NCBI GenBank assembly: GCA_946965045.2
Contig: OX337241.1
Location: 124,001-188,000 of the forward strand
Source of the DNA: Epithemia pelagica
Taxonomy: Eukaryota > Protista > Bacillariophyta
Length of the DNA stretch: 64,000 nt
Direction: 5' to 3'
Positions 59,389 through 64,000 of this stretch are shown here, one piece after another (the stretch's first letter is position 1; each line of letters starts with the position of its first letter). Below the pieces are notes generated by a model that was not told the origin of the DNA, did no database searches, and saw nothing but the letters and a program-made list of their open reading frames with translations. The position numbers and the translations under genes were made by a program.

Positions 59389-60918
59389 ATGAGCAGCAGC
59401 AACGACAACCACAAGGACGCTTCCTCGTCTCGCATGACGGTGCACTTGACCGTGACGGCCGCTGCGGGCAGTCCGCGAGTGGCCTTGGACTTACCAGACA
59501 ATTGCGATCAAATGACGAGTGCGCAATTGCGCGACAAGATTAGCCAAGTGACACACATTCCCCTGTCGCACCTCAAGGTGATTTATCGCGGACGACTCAT
59601 TCCATCACAAGACACGGATTGTGTTGTTTCGGAATTTCGCTTGGAACACGATTCCGTCTTGCATTGTTTGGGCAAACCACAACCACCGGCGTCCTCGGCC
59701 ACAATAGCAGAGGCAGCAGCAACGGCGAGTCCTACTCCAAGTGCGGCTACATTCTCAGACCCTTCTTCCAGTGCCGTTCCAGTCCCACCAACGCTCGCAG
59801 CAGCAGCACCGGCCACCACTGTTGCTGCTCCTAGTAGTACAGCAACAACCACTGCTACGACAACATCCTCCTCCTCCTCCTTAACGGCGGCCTTGGATCG
59901 CATGCGTCGGGCCGTGGCGAGTCCAGCCAGGTATGGAACCGCCTTGCAAACGCTCGTCAAGTTACTCGACAATATTGTGCAACATCCGCTGGAAGAAAAG
60001 TATCGTCGAATCAAGAGTACCAATGCCGCCTTTGCCAAACGACTGGGTCAAGTGCCTCATGGAACGGACGTCTTGCAAGCCGTGGGCTTTGCCTTGCAAC
60101 CCCACGAAACACCCCCCACCTACGTCTTGCACGCCAGTCCCCAAGCCTGGCCGCAAGTCTTGGACCATCAAGCGACCTTGCAACAAGCCTTGACCAAACA
60201 CGAACAAGAACAACAAGCGGCAACCGTGCCACCACCGGTACCACCCATGGGATCATCGTCATCCGCAATGGCGAATCCATTCTTGTCTTCATCGTTGGTG
60301 GGTGCTGGAGCAGGAGGAGGACTCGACCCCGCCGCGGCATCGAATTTGGCCAGTCAATTCTTATCCAATCCAGAAGCCTTGCAAGCCATGCTACAGGTAT
60401 GTGGTTGTTATCACTGTTTTTTTGTGGAATTGATTCGTTGGCATTCTCTCATGGCCATGGATTTCTTGTTTTGCTCACGCGCGTGCATTGTTTTGTTTGT
60501 TGCGTTACTCCTACGTTCTTTGTTCTATGATTAGAATCCCATGGTCCAAGAGCAAATGCGTCACCATCCGCAAATGGCCCAACTGGAACCCATGATTCAA
60601 CAACTGTCGAGCAATCCAGCCATGATGCAACAAATGGCACAATTGATGCAATCGCCGCAACTCCAAGCGCAATTGCAACAACACTTGCAGCAGCAACAAC
60701 AAACCATGAGTGGTGGCGGTGGCGGTCCCGCCATGCCCAATTTCCTGCCACCCAACATTCACACGGCACCGCCCTCCTCGTCCACTGCTGCCACGACAAA
60801 CAACAGCAATGCCACCACCAACAACAGCAACACTTCGAGTGGCCAAAGTGACAATGAATTGACAGAAGAAGAAATGATTGCCGAAGCCATTCGTCGATCT
60901 CTTCAGGATCAATCGTAA
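59389..60918 (+). CDS. UBL-PUB-(STI1-like)-UIM ubiquitin/p97 adaptor (exons 59389-60396 and 60535-60918)
   Basis: Ubiquitin-like LKVIYRGRLI...SVLHCLG; PUB-type TLVKLLDNIVQHPLEEKYRRIK; UIM-like TEEEMIAEAIRRSL. Phase-0 intron GTATGT...TAG at 60397-60534. Confidence 0.85.
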
Positions 60919-61368
60919 GAGAGAGAATCCTTTCCAGTATAATAACACAACACAAGTTTGTTTGGTATGCATTCGCCATGCCGAATTAGAGAGAGTGCAA
61001 AATAATTGTCTCCCCTACAACTCGAGTTTGTTGGGGAAGCATTCGCCATGCCGAATTCCTACTAGAGAGTTCAAACGTCTTGTTGGAACGTTTTATTAGT
61101 CTTATATACAATACAATCCTCTTTGTCTCTCTCATCTCTCTTTTCGCAAACAACAACAAGTATACAAGCCATCAGAATATATATACATAGCAAACATATT
61201 TTTCAAATCGCGTCTCGGTCGCACACAGACCACATCGGTCGTCATTCTCATCTCGTCATTGTCTCTTGAGAAAGATTGACGATGGTGGTGTTTCGTTCCG
61301 TCTCCCATCCTGGGGGAGTTGTTTTCATGCCCTGTCCTTGAAAGTCCTGGACGGCAAGAAGAAACTTG

Positions 61369-63136
61369 TTATTGATTGATGGGACAATCGGATCCACAAC
61401 AAGTGCAACACGTTGTGGTATCACATGTCACTTCTTCTTCTCCATTTGCACTGCAATCAGTGGTTAAGAAATCGAGCAGACCCACCATGTGATTCAAACA
61501 CAGGGATGCGGGCATGGTCCCTTGCAAGTCGGTATCGTGCAAATACAAGCGTTGCAAACTATTGTGGGTGGTAAAGTCCGAGGGAATACTTCCCGTCAGG
61601 GCATTGTCGTACAACCACACTTGTTTCAAGGCGGTCAAACAGGCCAATTCCGTCGGAATGGTCCCCGTCAAACCACAGGATCCCATACTCAGGGATGTCA
61701 AATTGGTTTTCTGACCAATCGTGGGGGGAATGGTCCCCGTCAAGTTGGGATTGCCATCGGCCCAGACTTCTTGGAGGGCCTCAAAGTGATGCACGGCCAA
61801 CAAACTCGTGGCGACCGTCTCTCCCACATTGCAGTGATCTAAATACAAGAAGTAGAGTTTGGGCAAACTGGCCAAACTACTGGGAAGGGGACCGCCCTGC
61901 AAGTTCAAGCCACCCACATCCAAATATTCCAAGTCTTGCATGTTCGCAAACACGTCCTCATTCAATTGGCCCGTCAAGTAGGTGCCTTGCAAGGACAATT
62001 CTCGCAATTGCGTCAATTGAGACCATTCGGGAGGGAGCAACCACGTGGCGTCGGGACCGTCACTGCTGCTGCTGCTGCTGCTGGAATAGGAAATGGCATT
62101 GTCACCGAGATTCAAGACTTGCAATTGTGTCAATTCGCCCAACCACCAAACATTGGCTGGTCCGGCATTCCACAAGTAATTGCCTTCGACATCCATGACT
62201 TGGAGCGTATCTTTGAGAATGGTCAATTCAATCGGTAAGGATCCCATGAGTAAATTCTTGGCCAAGTTGAGTTCGAGGACCTGTCCATAGACCTGACCCG
62301 CACTGTCGGTCACGTCGTTGCTACACACGACACCGGGCCAGTCGCATTCATTGCCGGAAGTAGCATCCGCGGTCCATTTTTGCAACCATGGCATGCTAAA
62401 GTCGGTCGTAAAGGTAAAGACGACGGTATTGGTATACTCGGTCGCGACACCATTGCTGGCAAAGTACAAGCAACTTAGGGCATATCGTTGGGCCAAACGC
62501 CAATCCTCCATGTCGGTCGTGGCCGTCGCTTCGACGTAGCGCAAGGCTTGCATCACATACAAGCTCTCGTCGTGATCGGGAAAGGGCAAACCGCCTCGAT
62601 AGTCGCGGGTCAGCATGAGTTCAATGGCGGATTTAGAAGGCACCATGGTCGAGGGAGATTGAGATGGCACCATGCTTGGCACGGTCGTTGTGGGAGACGA
62701 GTGGTTAAAGATATCTGCAAGAAGAGCAACAACAACAACCACGACACAGTGAGGAACCAAACGAAACATGCGAAATTTATTTCAGATATCGTCTCCGCCA
62801 CGACAAGCATGTCTCAAAACCAAACTTGTACTCGATTGACGATGACAAATAGCACCTACCTCCATCCAACTGTCGGCGCTCGCTGCGGCGGATCGTTGGA
62901 CTCCCGTTCGTGTCGTTGGCCATGTTGTTGTTTTTCTGTGGTTTCGGCTCTACCAGTCCTTGTCTCGTCATTCCTGTAGATGACAGGGAACGATCTTGCC
63001 GTCGCAAGGAAGAAGGAGGCAGGTTCGATTCCATGTGCTGCGCCTGAATCAACAATGACGACCAAACCAGCAAGCAAATGGCGAGGAATCCACGGCGAAT
63101 GATTTGGTACGGCTCACACGAAAACAACAGGGTCAT
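61369..63136 (-). CDS. Secreted leucine-rich repeat protein (exons 62860-63136 and 61369-62714; 540 aa)
   Basis: Signal GFLAICLLVWSSLLIQA; N-cap QRYALSCLYF...ECDWPGVVC; LxxLxLxxNxLxGxIP repeats; C-terminal CTCC. The intron 62715-62859 (GTAGGT...TTGCAG) gives a continuous frame. Confidence 0.88.
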
Positions 63137-64000
63137 GATTGTGGGAATGGTTGGTTCCAGTGCGCAAGTTGCAGTGTTTTTTAACCAGGGTGTGAAGAAA
63201 CCTCGGAGAGTGATTTTGTGAGGCCGACGACGAGCGAAAACTCCGTCTGACCCAACGACAATCGGATGAGGACAATGACCCTACCAATGGCCATAGTCAC
63301 TCGCATGCAAGATCCCTACTAATAATCTGGGTTTGAATGGAGCTATTCTGGTGTACTGTGTACGAGCTCGTAATAGCTCTGGAGAACTACAAGTCAGTAG
63401 ATTTACGGTATTGTAGAGCCTTGTAGCTACTCTACCATTTTCACAGAAGAAGGGATCAAGCATCCAGCATCCAGCTCTTGAACGATAAGCCCAATAAAAC
63501 TGAAGCCGACAGGAGATCAGAGCCAGCCATTGACCTATACTATTGCCCTCAGATACATAGACAAAGGTTTTTTCTCATGTTTTGCGAATAAGAGAAATCG
63601 TCGATTGACCATGCTGAAGGGCGAGGCCCAAAGTTTCAAACTTGAGAAGACCAGAGAAACGAAATCGACCCAACCATGATAAACGTCGTACAAAACGAGG
63701 CCCTTCGAGATGGAATCAACGTCATGGATGCCTCGTTCGATGGAATGTGCTGTGTGTCCAAGGCAGTTCACGTGTTGAGGCCCAAAGTTTCAAACTGCCA
63801 AAGGACATTGACCCAATCATGGTGAACCAACGGTCGGTGTTATACATGCCTTCAATCTAACAACAGAGGCTCCCATGGAGGAGCACTCCCTACCACTTCC
63901 TTCCAATCGATGGGACAAAGTGTCAAGACCTTTTGGGACAGCATCGACTCCATCTGACTTGTCCCAGTGAGATCTCTGGCTTTCTGCGTTCGTGGTTTCA

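Overview
This is eukaryotic nuclear DNA, most consistent with a pennate diatom: short GT-AG introns, bipartite signal + 'ASAFAP'-type plastid presequences, and diatom-type LRR, PPR and low-complexity genes. The headline is a nuclear-adapted psbA (photosystem II D1) at 50115-51445 (-). It has an 18-aa signal peptide with an 'ADA-FTAP' cleavage motif plus a transit peptide (58 extra N-terminal residues), a 74-bp spliceosomal intron with a GACTAAC branch point, nuclear-style codon usage, and polar substitutions in TM helices A-C. All Mn-cluster, chlorophyll and quinone ligands are present, but this copy has one in-frame CAA>TAA stop at Q261. Other content: a 5.7-kb DDE transposon with CTAG target duplication, a second ORF and internal inverted repeats; a 713-bp MITE with a CACTC target duplication; and three tandem families (3-TM proteins, Gly/Cys-tailed small proteins, and a secreted EF-hand/GPI protein with a decayed paralog). 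Also present are plastid-targeted TatB and a transhydrogenase-like flavoprotein (two in-frame stops), SET, cyclin-fold, 2OG-Fe(II)-like, PPR, UBL-PUB and LRR genes, and a 38-bp-stem hairpin. Family assignments come from motif recognition only; no searches were run.
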